Positions 8,930 through 19,321 of a stretch of 64,000 nt of DNA are shown here, in pieces. Each line of letters starts with the position of its first letter. Position 1 is the stretch's first letter. Below the pieces are notes generated by a model, which saw only the letters and a program-made list of their open reading frames with translations, searched no databases and was not told the origin of the DNA. A program made the translations under genes and the position numbers. This DNA comes from an uncultured Gemmatimonadota bacterium (GTDB lineage Bacteria > SM23-81 > DAOVCL01), in assembly GCA_964626665.1 (NCBI GenBank), contig CAZVGK010000001.1, positions 156,708 to 220,707 on the forward strand. The letters run 5' to 3'.

Positions 8930-9051
8930 TTACAGTTTACAGGGATCAGTAGTCATGCGGTTATCGGAGCCTAGTTATCAGTTGTCACAGATTTCCTCCG
9001 CTCCCCGTCAACTGCCCTCTGATCCCTTGGGGTTGATCCCCGGGACTGTTA
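8930..9051 (-). ncRNA. Candidate structured RNA, family not recognised
   Basis: Perfect 9-bp closing stem agggatcag/ctgatccct, internal cagttg/caactg and ggagc/gctcc pairings, side hairpin ggggatcaacccc. Confidence 0.4.
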
Positions 9052-9053
9052 TT

Positions 9054-9377
9054 CTATCCCTTGATTGCCTTTCTTAGCTTATACCGGATTTGGTCCATCT
9101 CATCCTTGGTAATCTTTTTGTCCTTAAGGGCCTTCCTAATGTATTTTACGACCTCGCGGACCTCTTCCTTCCTTACTCTCTTTTTTTTGAGGGCGGCCCT
9201 AAACTTCCGGAAAAGGGGCTTTACCCCTGTCCTGTCATAATTGGGGGGGAGGGACTGCTCGACCTTCACCTCCAATCCCTTAAACCCGTATTCTAACAGT
9301 CTCCCCTTGAGAAGGATTACGGCCAAAAGGATTAGCAAGGCCACGCCCAAGATGGAGAGCAAACAGCCCTTCCTCAT
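9054..9377 (-). CDS. Hypothetical basic membrane-anchored protein
   Basis: N-terminal hydrophobic helix; coupled to rplQ stop. Confidence 0.7.
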   Translation of the reverse strand: MRKGCLLSILGVALLILLAVILLKGRLLEYGFKGLEVKVEQSLPPNYDRTGVKPLFRKFRAALKKKRVRKEEVREVVKYIRKALKDKKITKDEMDQIRYKLRKAIKG

Positions 9378-9781
9378 TTCTTTTCTGTTTTCCCAGCAGG
9401 TTTCTCAGGTTCAACCTTCTCCACCCCCTCCTTGACCAATTGCAGGAGGGAGAGGGAAGCGCCATCCCCAGGACGGAAGCCGAGCTTGATCCTTCTCGTG
9501 CAGCCTCCGTTCCTCTCCCCATACCTCAGAGCGATATCATCAAATAGCTTAGCTATTATTGATTTATGCGGAAGCGTCCTCAGGGCAATTCTTCGGGAAT
9601 GGAGGTCACCCTTCTTGCCCAAGCTGATTAGCTTCTCGGCCAACCTCTGGGCCTCCTTTGCCTTGACACTGGTAGTAGTTATGCTCTCGTGGAGGAAGAG
9701 GGAAGAGACCAGATTCCGCAGCGTTGCCCCTCGGTGGGCAGGATTTCTGCCCAGATGGTTGCCCTTCTTTAGGTGTCTCAA
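9374..9781 (-). CDS. rplQ: 50S ribosomal protein L17
   Basis: MRHLKKG..LGR, RNGGCTR, RPGDGA. Confidence 0.97.
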   Translation of the reverse strand: MRHLKKGNHLGRNPAHRGATLRNLVSSLFLHESITTTSVKAKEAQRLAEKLISLGKKGDLHSRRIALRTLPHKSIIAKLFDDIALRYGERNGGCTRRIKLGFRPGDGASLSLLQLVKEGVEKVEPEKPAGKTEKK

Positions 9782-10761
9782 GATTTCTCCCCCTCCAGAT
9801 AAGGCGAGACATCCATGCCAAAGGAGAGACCAAATTCGGCTAAGACCCTCTGTAGCTCGGAGAGGGATTTACGTCCAAAATTCCTGTATTTGAGCATCTC
9901 TGACTCTGTCTTTTGTACGAGATCATTTAAGGTGACTATATTGGCTGCCCGCAGACAATTGTTTGATCTCACGGATAGCTCTAATTCCTCTACCTTCATC
10001 TTGAGCAGGTTTCTTACCCGCAAGACCTCTTTGTTTACCTTAGTCTCCTCTACCTCCTCAAACTTGGTGGGGTGAAGTATGAATAGCTCCACATGCTCCT
10101 TTAATATCTGGGCCGCATAGCTGAGGGCCTCCCCTGGGGTGATGCTCCCGTCCGTGCGGATCTGCAGGGTAAGCTTTTCAAAGTCTACCCGGTGGCCCAC
10201 CCTGGTGCTATCCACTTGATAGTTGACCTTGGTCACCGGGGTGAAGATGGAATCGAGGTAGATAGTGCCAAATGGGTGATTCTGCTTTTTGTTCTGCTCA
10301 GCGGTAACATAGCCTCTGCCAAAGCCAACTTCTATCTCACCCTTGATTTGAGCTCCATCATTTAAGGTGGCCAACCTGTGGTCAGGGTTTAGGATGAGGA
10401 AGTTCCCCCCCCCATCGATATCACCCGCTTTAAACTCTCCCTTACCCGATTTCTCAATGCCCACCATAACCGGTTTGTCCGCTAAGAACTTTATCCTTAC
10501 CTCCTTTAGATTAAGCACTATTTCTGGGATATCCTCTACTACACCGGGAATGGTGGAATATTCATGAGGGACCCCTTCGACCCGGAGGGCGGTTATCGCT
10601 GCCCCTTGCAGAGAGGAGAGGAGAACCCGGCGGAGGGAATTCCCTAAGGTGATCCCAAAACCCCTCTCTAAGGGTTCGATGATGAACTTGCTGTAAACAT
10701 CTGTCGCTGATTCTTCTTCTGCTACTAAGCTTTTGGGAAGTTGCAGGCTTGTCCACTTCAT
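9778..10761 (-). CDS. rpoA: RNA polymerase alpha subunit
   Basis: EPLERGFGITLGNSLRRVLLSS, LELSVRSNNCL, RNFGRKSL. Confidence 0.98.
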   Translation of the reverse strand: MKWTSLQLPKSLVAEEESATDVYSKFIIEPLERGFGITLGNSLRRVLLSSLQGAAITALRVEGVPHEYSTIPGVVEDIPEIVLNLKEVRIKFLADKPVMVGIEKSGKGEFKAGDIDGGGNFLILNPDHRLATLNDGAQIKGEIEVGFGRGYVTAEQNKKQNHPFGTIYLDSIFTPVTKVNYQVDSTRVGHRVDFEKLTLQIRTDGSITPGEALSYAAQILKEHVELFILHPTKFEEVEETKVNKEVLRVRNLLKMKVEELELSVRSNNCLRAANIVTLNDLVQKTESEMLKYRNFGRKSLSELQRVLAEFGLSFGMDVSPYLEGEKS

Positions 10762-10781
10762 CTAAAGATACTTCCTCCTTC

Positions 10782-11411
10782 TCACTTAGAATAGAGCTCC
10801 ACAATCAATTTTTCGGTGATCGGCTCAGGTATCTGCTCTCTGGTGGGGAGGTCTAGGACCTCACCCTCCAACTTGGCCTTGTCTATCCTCAGCCAGCTCA
10901 GCTTACCAAGCCTATCTGCGGCCTTCAGAGAGTCATGGATTATGGCTAAATCCCGGCTCTTCTCCCTTACCTTTACCACATCCTTTGGCTTTACTTGGTA
11001 GGAGGGGATGTTCACCTTCCTCTCGTTCACCTGGAAGTGGCTATGCCTCACCAACTGCCTGGCTGTTTTTCGAGAGGGGGCAAAACCGAGCCGGTAGACG
11101 GTGTTGTCTAACCGGGATTCTAAGGCCCGCAGAAGGTTCTCCCCGGTGATACCCTTTTTCCTTTCAGCCTTTTGGAAGTAGTTTCTGAACTGTTTCTCCA
11201 TTATTCCATAGATCCTCCGCACCTTCTGCTTCTCCCTTAATTGAAGGCCGTACTCAGACATCCGGCGACGGCGGAGGACCCCATGTTGTCCGGGAAATGA
11301 TTCCTTTTTCTCCAGGGCACACTTATCCGTGTAACACCGATCGCCCTTCAGAAAGAGTTTGGTCTTCTCCCGGCGACAGAGCTTGCAAACGGGGCCCTTG
11401 TATCTAGCCAT
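10782..11411 (-). CDS. rpsD: 30S ribosomal protein S4
   Basis: [29 protein letters not shown]. Confidence 0.98.
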   Translation of the reverse strand: MARYKGPVCKLCRREKTKLFLKGDRCYTDKCALEKKESFPGQHGVLRRRRMSEYGLQLREKQKVRRIYGIMEKQFRNYFQKAERKKGITGENLLRALESRLDNTVYRLGFAPSRKTARQLVRHSHFQVNERKVNIPSYQVKPKDVVKVREKSRDLAIIHDSLKAADRLGKLSWLRIDKAKLEGEVLDLPTREQIPEPITEKLIVELYSK

Positions 11412-11414
11412 CTC

Positions 11415-11810
11415 TTATACCCTCCTTCGCTTGGGAGGACGACAACCATTATGAGGAATGGGAGTAACATCCCTTATCGCTGTAATATTCAACCCGGCAG
11501 CCTGCAGGGATCTGATGGCGGCCTCCCTCCCGGATCCTGGCCCCTTCACTCTGACCTCCAAACTCTTCATCCCTCTATCCATTGCCCCTTTAGCAGAGGC
11601 CGTAGCCGCCTGCCCGGCCGCAAATGGGGTGCTCTTCTTAGAACCTTTAAAACCCGCCCTCCCCGCCGAGGCCCAGGATATAACCTTCCCTTGGGTATCG
11701 GTAATGGTTATTATCGTGTTGTTAAAGGTTGCCTGAATGTGAGCCACCCCTGATACCTCCACCCTCCCCTTTTTTCTTTTGGGCCTTCCTTTCGCTTTCT
11801 TATCTGCCAA
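11415..11810 (-). CDS. rpsK: 30S ribosomal protein S11
   Basis: [32 protein letters not shown]. Confidence 0.98.
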   Translation of the reverse strand: MADKKAKGRPKRKKGRVEVSGVAHIQATFNNTIITITDTQGKVISWASAGRAGFKGSKKSTPFAAGQAATASAKGAMDRGMKSLEVRVKGPGSGREAAIRSLQAAGLNITAIRDVTPIPHNGCRPPKRRRV

Positions 11811-11826
11811 TTTTCACACCCCCTGA

Positions 11827-12198
11827 TTACCTTTTCCTTTTGGCTCCAATAGTTTTGCGGGAGCTCCTTCTCGTGCGGGAATTGGTTTTCGTCCTCTGGC
11901 CCCTCACCGGAAGGTTCCTCCTGTGTCTAAATCCGCGATAAGAGCCGATTTCCATCAACCTCTTTATATTCATAGTCACCTCTGCTCTCCTGCTCCCTTC
12001 CACCTTGTAATCCGACTCTATAACCGACCTCAGCTTGGAGACTTCCTCCTCGCTGAGCTTGTTCACTCTAGTATCAGGAGAGACCCCGGTTTTCTTCAAT
12101 ATTTTACTTGCAGAGGAGCGGCCTATACCATAAATATAAGTAAGGGCAATCTCTATCCTCTTGTCCTTTGGCAAATCAACGCCTGCTATCCTGGCCAA
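11827..12198 (-). CDS. rpsM: 30S ribosomal protein S13
   Basis: [21 protein letters not shown]. Confidence 0.98.
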   Translation of the reverse strand: MARIAGVDLPKDKRIEIALTYIYGIGRSSASKILKKTGVSPDTRVNKLSEEEVSKLRSVIESDYKVEGSRRAEVTMNIKRLMEIGSYRGFRHRRNLPVRGQRTKTNSRTRRSSRKTIGAKRKR

Positions 12199-12213
12199 CC
12201 TTAAACCTCCTTT

Positions 12214-12348
12214 TTAACCTACCCTTCTGGGCTTACCCCTTTGTCTCTGTTTGTGACGGGGGTTTGAGCAGATGACCCGGAGGACCCCCTTCCTTCTAAT
12301 TACCTTACAGTGTTTGCAGAGGGGTTTTATGGAAACTTTGACTTTCAT
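12214..12348 (-). CDS. rpmJ: 50S ribosomal protein L36 (zinc-binding form, C-terminally extended)
   Basis: Own translation [44 protein letters not shown]; between infA and rpsM. Confidence 0.92.
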   Translation of the reverse strand: MKVKVSIKPLCKHCKVIRRKGVLRVICSNPRHKQRQRGKPRRVG

Positions 12349-12563
12349 TTGTACCTGTAGGTTATCCTTCCTCGATTTAGGTCATAGGGGGAGAGTTCCA
12401 CAGCCACCCTATCTCCTGGGAGTATCTTGATATAATGCATCCTCATCTTCCCGGAGATGTGGGCTAAAACCCGGTGGCCATTTTTTAACTCCACCCTGAA
12501 AGTGGCATTGGGAAGGGGCTCAATCACTACCCCGTCAACCTTTATCGTCTCCTGTTTAGCCAT
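12345..12563 (-). CDS. infA: Translation initiation factor IF-1
   Basis: [27 protein letters not shown]. Confidence 0.98.
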   Translation of the reverse strand: MAKQETIKVDGVVIEPLPNATFRVELKNGHRVLAHISGKMRMHYIKILPGDRVAVELSPYDLNRGRITYRYK

Positions 12564-13209
12564 CCCTGGCCTCAAGCTTTTCCGTTATTTCCTCAAAGAC
12601 CGCCGTGGCATCTCCATCTCCCTCTACATCTATTAAGATCCCCTGAGCTCGGTAATACTCCTGCAACTCCTTTATCTCCTTAGCATAGATGGAGAGCCTT
12701 TTCTTGATGGTTTGCGGGCGATCGTCTTCCCTTTGATAGAGCTCCCCCCCGCAGCGATCACAGATACCATCCGATTTTGGAGGGGCGGTGATTAAGTTAT
12801 AGACGGCTCCACAGGATGAACAGACCCTCCGATTGGAGAGCCGACGCAGGATAACCTCCTGAGAAACCTCTATATCAATGACCCCAGTGAGAGTCCAATC
12901 CATATCCCTGCCTATTGCCTCTAACCCTTCGGCCTGGGCCAGGTCGCGGGGAAAACCATCTAAGATGAACCCTTCTGTACAGTCTTCTCCATGGAGTCTT
13001 AGCTTGACCAACTCCATCATAATCTCATCAGGGACAAGTTCTCCCTTATCCCAAAACCTCTTGGCTTTCTTCCCCCAAGAAGAACCATCCCTCACAGCAG
13101 ACCTCAATATCTCCCCCGTAGAGATGTGGGGTATTCCATATTCCTGGCTGAGCATCTCTGCCTCAACGCCTTTCCCTGCCCCGGGTGGTCCCAAGATTAC
13201 CAATCTCAT
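12556..13209 (-). CDS. adk: Adenylate kinase
   Basis: [15 protein letters not shown], zinc lid CSSC/CDRC, QREDD. Confidence 0.97.
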   Translation of the reverse strand: MRLVILGPPGAGKGVEAEMLSQEYGIPHISTGEILRSAVRDGSSWGKKAKRFWDKGELVPDEIMMELVKLRLHGEDCTEGFILDGFPRDLAQAEGLEAIGRDMDWTLTGVIDIEVSQEVILRRLSNRRVCSSCGAVYNLITAPPKSDGICDRCGGELYQREDDRPQTIKKRLSIYAKEIKELQEYYRAQGILIDVEGDGDATAVFEEITEKLEARDG

Positions 13210-14516
13210 CTCCTCCCCTTTATCTTCCCCTTCTTCATAAATCCATCATAATGCCTCATTACCAGATGAGACTCCACCTGTTTTAGGGTATCTAAGGCCA
13301 CCCCCACGATGATCAGAACGGAGGTTCCTCCAAAGAAGAAGGAGACATCCATTGACTGCATTAGAAAAAAGGGTAGGATGGCAATCGCGGCAAAGGAGAG
13401 GGCCCCAGGGAGGGTGATGCGGGTGAGTATTCTGTCTATGTAGTCTGCCGTCCTCTTCCCTGGCCGCACACCAGGGATGAAACCGCCATACCTCTTCATA
13501 TTGTCTGCCAATTCCACCGGATTGAAGACGATGGCCGTGTAGAAGTAAGCGAAGAATACTATCAAGAGGGCATAGACGATGGAGTAAACAGCAGCACCAG
13601 GTGTAAACCAGTTAGCAATTCCAGTTAATAACTCGCTCTTAGGGAAAAAAGTGGTGATGGTGCGGGGGGCAAACATCAGGGACTGGGCGAAGATGATGGG
13701 AATTATCCCCGCGGCGTTCATATTAAGGGGGATGTGAGTGGACTGTCCACCATAGATCTTTCTCCCCACCACCCTTTTGGCATACTGCACCGGTATCCTC
13801 CTCTGTGCCTGGGTAATGATAACAACAAAGCTTATAACGGCCACCATAATGGCCAGGACCATCAACCCCTGAAAGGGAGAACGGGTGCCAGCGGCTAACT
13901 GCCTGCCTTCGTTGAGCACCGATCCCGGAAGCCTGGCTAATATCCCCACATAGATGATTAACGAGATCCCATTGCCAATCCCCTTCTCGGTCATCTGTTC
14001 CCCAATCCACATAAGAAAGATGGTCCCTGTGGTCAGGGTAAGCATAGTCAAAAGTCTAAAACCAATCCCCGGGTGAACTACCGCAGAGATCCCCTCTGAG
14101 GTGACGATGCTCTCCAAAAATATGCTCGCCCCATAGGATTGAAGGATACAGATGAGGATGGTGCCATACCTGGTGTACTGGGTTATCTTTCTCCTGCCCT
14201 CCTCCCCCTCTTTGTGCAGCTTCTGAAAGTAGGGGACGACAGCCCCTAAGAGTTGCATAATGATGGAGGAGGTGATGTAGGGCATTATCCCCAGGCCAAA
14301 GATGGCAGCGTTCTTAAAGGCTCCCCCAGCAAATATGTCGTAGAGGCCAAAGAGAGTTCCCTGAGCCTGGGCAAAGAAGCTTTTTAAAACCCCCATATCT
14401 ATACCCGGAGTGGGAACATGGCAGCCAATTCGGTAAACAACAAGGAGGCCAATGGTAAAGAGAATCCTTTTCCTTAATTCGGGGATTTTGAATGTGTTTT
14501 GAAATGTCTGAAACAT
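13206..14516 (-). CDS. secY: Preprotein translocase SecY
   Basis: LGIMPYITSSII, GIGNGISL, FIPGVRPG, FGGTSVLIIVGV. Confidence 0.98.
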   Translation of the reverse strand: MFQTFQNTFKIPELRKRILFTIGLLVVYRIGCHVPTPGIDMGVLKSFFAQAQGTLFGLYDIFAGGAFKNAAIFGLGIMPYITSSIIMQLLGAVVPYFQKLHKEGEEGRRKITQYTRYGTILICILQSYGASIFLESIVTSEGISAVVHPGIGFRLLTMLTLTTGTIFLMWIGEQMTEKGIGNGISLIIYVGILARLPGSVLNEGRQLAAGTRSPFQGLMVLAIMVAVISFVVIITQAQRRIPVQYAKRVVGRKIYGGQSTHIPLNMNAAGIIPIIFAQSLMFAPRTITTFFPKSELLTGIANWFTPGAAVYSIVYALLIVFFAYFYTAIVFNPVELADNMKRYGGFIPGVRPGKRTADYIDRILTRITLPGALSFAAIAILPFFLMQSMDVSFFFGGTSVLIIVGVALDTLKQVESHLVMRHYDGFMKKGKIKGRR

Positions 14517-14517
14517 C

Positions 14518-14976
14518 TCAGATTACCTCCGTGGTTCCCCCACTTGCCTCTATCTTTTCCTTGGCCGATCTACTGAATGCCTGAGCCCGGATGATCAGGG
14601 CTCCTTCCACCTGACCTTCGCCTAAAACCTTTAAGGGGATGGCTGTCCTCTTGATCAAACCATCTTTCTTTAAAAGGATTGGATCAATGACCTGGGAATC
14701 GGCATATCTGCTCAGTTGCTTGAGGTTAACCACCTGATAGCGGACCGGGAAATGGTGCATCATAACAGATTTCTTCCCCCTCTTCATTCCCCTTTTAGGT
14801 ACCCTTCTCTCCAGAGGCATCTGTCCCCCCTCAAACCAGGCCTTTGACTTGGAGCCGGATCTGGATCTTTGCCCTTTCTCCCCCCGACCGCTGGTTTTCC
14901 CCAGGCCTGAGCCAGGTCCCCTACCCACCCTTTTTCTCCTCTTCTTTGCCCCTGATGGCGGTCTAATCTGCATCAT
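14518..14976 (-). CDS. rplO: 50S ribosomal protein L15
   Basis: [25 protein letters not shown]. Confidence 0.97.
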   Translation of the reverse strand: MMQIRPPSGAKKRRKRVGRGPGSGLGKTSGRGEKGQRSRSGSKSKAWFEGGQMPLERRVPKRGMKRGKKSVMMHHFPVRYQVVNLKQLSRYADSQVIDPILLKKDGLIKRTAIPLKVLGEGQVEGALIIRAQAFSRSAKEKIEASGGTTEVI

Positions 14977-15160
14977 TACAAAACTCCTCGACGGCTACCA
15001 AATGGCTTACCTTCCTCAGCATCCCCCTTATTTGCGGGGTATCCAGATGGGTCACTGTGTGATTTAACCTTTTAATCCCCAAAGCCTTAATGGTTAATTT
15101 CTGTCTGAGTGGATACCCGATCGCACTCTTTCTCTGAGTTATCTTCAATTTTTTGGCCAT
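14963..15160 (-). CDS. rpmD: 50S ribosomal protein L30
   Basis: [28 protein letters not shown] at 15160. Confidence 0.95.
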   Translation of the reverse strand: MAKKLKITQRKSAIGYPLRQKLTIKALGIKRLNHTVTHLDTPQIRGMLRKVSHLVAVEEFCNDAD

Positions 15161-15180
15161 CCAATCTCCCAAGAAAAAAA

Positions 15181-15360
15181 TGACGGTTCACCACTGATTA
15201 CTGATCCCTGTTTTTCTGTGCATAGTCCGTGGTTATCTGTGGTAAATTATTACTCAATTAACGATTAGCAAGTTAAAATGAAGCCAGAAAATCCTGAGAT
15301 GCGGGCCATTTTCCATTGATAATTGTTCATTGACCATTTCTTGGTCTGTCCGTGGTGAGA
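15181..15360. repeat. Intergenic repeat element (heptamer tracts and tccgtgg motifs) between rpsE and rpmD
   Basis: 15201-15246 nearly identical to 17545-17590; caattaa/cattg-type heptamer runs. Confidence 0.7.
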
Positions 15361-15361
15361 A

Positions 15362-15868
15362 TTACGAAAAAAGCTCCTGCAGGGTTATCCCCCTCAGATT
15401 GGCCACCATCTTGCCATCCCTGAGCCGCAAAAGGCCATTCATCGTGGCCTTAACCACATTATGGGGGTTAGAGGAGCCCAAGGATTTGGTAAGCACATTC
15501 TCCACTCCAGCCACCTCTAATACCGCCCTCACCGGCCCTCCGGCTATAACCCCTGTCCCTGGGGTCGCCGGCTTCATCAGCACTCTGCCTGCTCCAAACC
15601 TGCCTAAGATGGCATGGGGGATGGTTCCCCGGACAAGGGGGATCCTGATCATAGTCTTCCGGGCTGCCTCTGTGGCCTTTTTGATGGCCGCGGCAACCTC
15701 TTTGGCTTTGCCCAACCCTACTCCCACACTTCCCTGCCCATCGCCCACCGCCACCAACGCATTGAAACCAAACCTTCTCCCTCCTTTAACCACCTTGGCC
15801 ACCCGATTTAAGTAGATGAGCTTCTCCTCAAGTTCAATGCCCTCTTCCTCTTCCCTTTTGCCCTTCAA
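15362..15868 (-). CDS. rpsE: 30S ribosomal protein S5
   Basis: [34 protein letters not shown]. Confidence 0.98.
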   Translation of the reverse strand: MKGKREEEEGIELEEKLIYLNRVAKVVKGGRRFGFNALVAVGDGQGSVGVGLGKAKEVAAAIKKATEAARKTMIRIPLVRGTIPHAILGRFGAGRVLMKPATPGTGVIAGGPVRAVLEVAGVENVLTKSLGSSNPHNVVKATMNGLLRLRDGKMVANLRGITLQELFS

Positions 15869-15882
15869 ATTTTTCTCCCTTT

Positions 15883-16263
15883 CTAAAATCTTAATCCCCC
15901 TTCCCTGGCTCCCTCAGCGAGGGCCTTTACCCTTCCATGGTATTTATAGCCCCCGCGGTCGAAGACCACCTTCTCCACCCCTTTCTCCTTTAATTGCCCC
16001 GCTAAAACCTGACCTAATAGCTTGGCCTTGGCTACCTTACCAGCCAAACCCTTGGCCTGTGGCGAGAGGGTGGGGGAGATGGTGGAGAGGAAGAGTATGG
16101 TTTTCTGAGCTTGGTCGTCGATGATCTGGGCATAGATCTGGCGTAGGCTCCGGTGGACGCTCAATCTGGGGCGCTCGGGGGTGCCCCAGACCCTCTTCCT
16201 TACCCTTCTCTTTCTCCTCTTCCAGGAGAGGATCTTTTTCCTGCTCTTGTCCGTGATTCCCAT
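15883..16263 (-). CDS. rplR: 50S ribosomal protein L18
   Basis: [23 protein letters not shown]. Confidence 0.98.
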   Translation of the reverse strand: MGITDKSRKKILSWKRRKRRVRKRVWGTPERPRLSVHRSLRQIYAQIIDDQAQKTILFLSTISPTLSPQAKGLAGKVAKAKLLGQVLAGQLKEKGVEKVVFDRGGYKYHGRVKALAEGAREGGLRF

Positions 16264-16268
16264 AATCC

Positions 16269-16832
16269 TTAAGCTGCTGTTTTTCCGGCTTTCCGCCGTA
16301 CCTTTTCCCCTTTGTATCTAATTCCCTTGCCTTTATAGGGGTCAGGTGGTTGAAATGATCTGAGCTTGGCAGCGATTTGACCCACCAGCTCCTTGTCAAT
16401 GCCTTTAACGGTAATCGTCTCCACCACATCCTCCCGCCCCGCCCTAGCCATTAGCTGTACCTCAAGGTTTATCCCCTCAGGAGGTTCAAAGAGAATGGGG
16501 TGACAGTAACCCAACTGGAAGTTGAGCTTGCGGCCGATGAGATCGGCTTTGTAACCAACCCCGATAATCTGTAAGACTTTTTCAAACCCCCGGGATACGC
16601 CCTCCACCATATTGGCCACCAGGGTTCTGGTCAGGCCATGAAGGGAGCGGTAAAACTTGGTATCAGAAGTACATCGGATGTGGAGCTTCCCCTCCTTCTC
16701 CTCCACCTGGAGTCCTGCATGGATGCTCCTCTTCAGGATTCCCAGAGGGCCCTTTACCTTTAATATGTCCCCTTTTATCTCTACCTCCACCCCCTGCGGA
16801 AGGGGGATGGGAGCTTTACCGACCCGCGACAA
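16269..16832 (-). CDS. rplF: 50S ribosomal protein L6
   Basis: [20 protein letters not shown]. Confidence 0.98.
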   Translation of the reverse strand: MSRVGKAPIPLPQGVEVEIKGDILKVKGPLGILKRSIHAGLQVEEKEGKLHIRCTSDTKFYRSLHGLTRTLVANMVEGVSRGFEKVLQIIGVGYKADLIGRKLNFQLGYCHPILFEPPEGINLEVQLMARAGREDVVETITVKGIDKELVGQIAAKLRSFQPPDPYKGKGIRYKGEKVRRKAGKTAA

Positions 16833-16841
16833 TCTTCCCTC

Positions 16842-17240
16842 CTACCATATATAACAGAGAACCTCCCCCCCAACTTCCTCTTTTCTGCAGAGTTTGTCCT
16901 GCAAAATTCCCTTAGAGGTGGAAAGGATTGCTGTTCCCAAGCCATTTTGTACCCGGGGGACCTTATCCCTTCTTACATAGATCCTTAACCCCGGTTTGCT
17001 TATTCTCTTGAGGCCAGATATTACCGGGAGACCGTCAGGGGTATACCTCAGATAGATCCGCAACTTCCCCCGCCCCTCTTCCTCTAATTTCTTATAGTCA
17101 GCTATGTACTTCTCCTCCAAGAGAATCTGGGTTAGCTTCTCCTTAATTCTCGATGAGGGAAGTTCCACCGTGGCCAATCTGGCCTGGAGGCCATTTCTGA
17201 TTCTGGTCAGCATATCTGCTATGGGATCTGTCATAGTCAT
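16842..17240 (-). CDS. rpsH: 30S ribosomal protein S8
   Basis: MTDPIADMLTRIRN, RISKPGLR, GGEVLC. Confidence 0.98.
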   Translation of the reverse strand: MTMTDPIADMLTRIRNGLQARLATVELPSSRIKEKLTQILLEEKYIADYKKLEEEGRGKLRIYLRYTPDGLPVISGLKRISKPGLRIYVRRDKVPRVQNGLGTAILSTSKGILQDKLCRKEEVGGEVLCYIW

Positions 17241-17252
17241 CGGCTTATCCCT

Positions 17253-17438
17253 TTACCAACTTGCCTTGGCCACGCCAGGGATTTCCCCGCGCAGGGCCAA
17301 CTCCCGGAAGCATATTCTGCAGAGCCCAAATTTCCTCATATAGGCCCGGGAACGGCCGCAACGGGGACATCTGTTGTACTTTCTCACCTTGAACTTGGGT
17401 TCTCTCTTCGCTTTTACCTTTAAGGACTTCTTGGCCAA
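17253..17438 (-). CDS. rpsN: 30S ribosomal protein S14 (type Z, zinc-binding)
   Basis: [25 protein letters not shown]. Confidence 0.97.
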   Translation of the reverse strand: MAKKSLKVKAKREPKFKVRKYNRCPRCGRSRAYMRKFGLCRICFRELALRGEIPGVAKASW

Positions 17439-17461
17439 TCCTTCTCCTTTCGTAACAGTTT

Positions 17462-17590
17462 ACCACGGAATCTCACGGAAAAAAGCAATTAAGAATTGAA
17501 AATTAAAAATGAAACTTATGCTGGCCCCTCCTGATCTCTGAAGACTGATCTCTGTTTTTCTGTGCTAGTCCGTGGTCATCCGTGGTGAAA
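17462..17590. repeat. Intergenic inverted-repeat element between rplE and rpsN
   Basis: accacggaa..cacggaaaaa / tttttctgtg..tccgtggt ends enclosing caattaa gaattga aaattaa aaatgaa heptamers. Confidence 0.72.
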
Positions 17591-17603
17591 TATTCTCTCC
17601 TTT

Positions 17604-18143
17604 CTACCTTCTGAGGGGCATACCCATCGCTCCTAAAAGCTCCAAGGCCTCTTCATCCGTTTTGGCCGTGGTGGCAATGGTAATGTCCATTCCTCTCAGT
17701 TTCTCCACCTTATCGTAGTTTATCTCTGGGAAGATGACCTGTTCCTTAATTCCCAAGGTATAATTCCCCCGGCCATCAAAGGATTTTACGGGAAGCCCCC
17801 TAAAATCCCTGATCCGAGGTATGGCTACATTAACCAATCTGTCCCAGAATTCATACATTCTCTCTCCGCGCAGGGTCACCTTGCACCCAATGGCCATTCC
17901 CGCCCTTAGCCGGAAGTTGGAGATGGATTTTTTAGCCCTGGTGATTACCGGCCTCTGCCCGGCAATCATAGTCAGATCATCCACGGCCGCATCCAGGAGC
18001 TTCGGGTTCTGAATGGCATCCCCTACTCCCATATTTATCACTATCTTCTCTAACTTAGGGGTCTGCAAGGGGTTCTTGTAGCCGAACTTCTTGCTTAAAA
18101 GGGGAATTACCTCTTTGTTGTAATATTCCTTTAACCTGGCCAT
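17604..18143 (-). CDS. rplE: 50S ribosomal protein L5
   Basis: [27 protein letters not shown] at 18143. Confidence 0.98.
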   Translation of the reverse strand: MARLKEYYNKEVIPLLSKKFGYKNPLQTPKLEKIVINMGVGDAIQNPKLLDAAVDDLTMIAGQRPVITRAKKSISNFRLRAGMAIGCKVTLRGERMYEFWDRLVNVAIPRIRDFRGLPVKSFDGRGNYTLGIKEQVIFPEINYDKVEKLRGMDITIATTAKTDEEALELLGAMGMPLRR

Positions 18144-18144
18144 A

Positions 18145-18456
18145 TTAACCCAAAAGCTCCCCACACCGTTTGCAGTATCTACCCTTGCTTCCATCAGGAA
18201 GGACCCTGATGCCCATCTTTACCCCGCGGGCACAGTTGTTGCACCAGACCAGCACATTGGAGGCATTAATGGGGCCCTCCTTCGTTAAGATTCCCCCTTG
18301 TTGCCTTGTCTGGGTGGGTTTAGTGTGTCGTTTGACGAAGTTAACCCCTTCCACAATCAAGGCTCCCTTTTTGTGAAAGACCTTGAGAACTTTGCCGGTT
18401 TTTCCCTTATACTCACCCTCAGTGACTACTACTGTGTCTCCTTTTTTGGCCTTCAT
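18145..18456 (-). CDS. rplX: 50S ribosomal protein L24
   Basis: [24 protein letters not shown]. Confidence 0.97.
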   Translation of the reverse strand: MKAKKGDTVVVTEGEYKGKTGKVLKVFHKKGALIVEGVNFVKRHTKPTQTRQQGGILTKEGPINASNVLVWCNNCARGVKMGIRVLPDGSKGRYCKRCGELLG

Positions 18457-18821
18457 ATAACCTCAGGGGCTAAAGATACGATCTTCATAAACTCCTTTTC
18501 CCGCAACTCCCGGGCTACAGGACCAAAGATCCTGGTTCCCTTGGGCTCCCTCTGATCATCGATCAAGACAGCGGCATTATCGCCAAACCTGATGTAAGAG
18601 CCATCATCCCTTCTCAGTTCCTTCTTTGTCCTGACCACCACTGCCTTGACCACATCCCCTTTCTTAATCGGACTGCCGGGTAGGGCACTTTTTACGGAAA
18701 CGACTATTATATCGCCAATAGAGCCAAACCTGCGGCGAGAACCCCCTAAAATTCTCAGACATTGGATCGTCCTGGCTCCGGAGTTGTCGGCCACATTTAG
18801 TTTAGTGTACTCCTGGATCAT
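18453..18821 (-). CDS. rplN: 50S ribosomal protein L14
   Basis: [19 protein letters not shown]. Confidence 0.98.
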   Translation of the reverse strand: MIQEYTKLNVADNSGARTIQCLRILGGSRRRFGSIGDIIVVSVKSALPGSPIKKGDVVKAVVVRTKKELRRDDGSYIRFGDNAAVLIDDQREPKGTRIFGPVARELREKEFMKIVSLAPEVI

Positions 18822-19101
18822 CTCCCTTTGCCTCCAAAATCCTCCCCTTCTGCAGGATCTCCACCACCCGCCACCTTTTCTCCTTGCTCAGTGGCTTGGT
18901 TTCCATAACCTTTACCAGGTCTCCCACCTGGCATAAATTCCCCTCATCATGGGCCTTAAACCTTGAGGTTTTCTTAATTGTCTTGCCATAAAGGGGATGT
19001 TTAAGCAACCTCTCCACAGCCACCACCACGGTCTTATCCATGCCATTCCGCATTACCCGGCCCACCATCGTCTTCCTTCTCCCTCGGTTACTCCCGGACA
19101 T
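18802..19101 (-). CDS. rpsQ: 30S ribosomal protein S17
   Basis: MDKTVVV, HPLYGK, AHDE, ETKPLSK.KRW. Confidence 0.97.
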   Translation of the reverse strand: MSGSNRGRRKTMVGRVMRNGMDKTVVVAVERLLKHPLYGKTIKKTSRFKAHDEGNLCQVGDLVKVMETKPLSKEKRWRVVEILQKGRILEAKGDDPGVH

Positions 19102-19321
19102 CGCTCTTCTCCTTGCTGGCCAGTGCCCGTATGCCCAAGTGATCCTCTTGCAGGATAGTCCTCACCCGGGCCAGATCCCTTCTGGCCATCCTTAACCTAA
19201 GGGGATTTTCCAGTTTCCCCATAAAATTCTGGATCCTCAGGTTAAAGATCTCCTCCTGTAAGTCCCTCTCCCACTGGAGGACCTCATCCTTGGTCAGCTC
19301 CCGGATCTTCTCTGGTTTCAT
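19088..19321 (-). CDS. rpmC: 50S ribosomal protein L29
   Basis: [22 protein letters not shown]; position. Confidence 0.95.
   Translation of the reverse strand: MKPEKIRELTKDEVLQWERDLQEEIFNLRIQNFMGKLENPLRLRMARRDLARVRTILQEDHLGIRALASKEKSDVRE

Noticed and set aside
8960-9020. glmS ribozyme or ZTP riboswitch
   Set aside because: Only partial words match (gttgacg..gagg; cggggagc); the required AGCGCC or CGCCTGGGC elements are missing.
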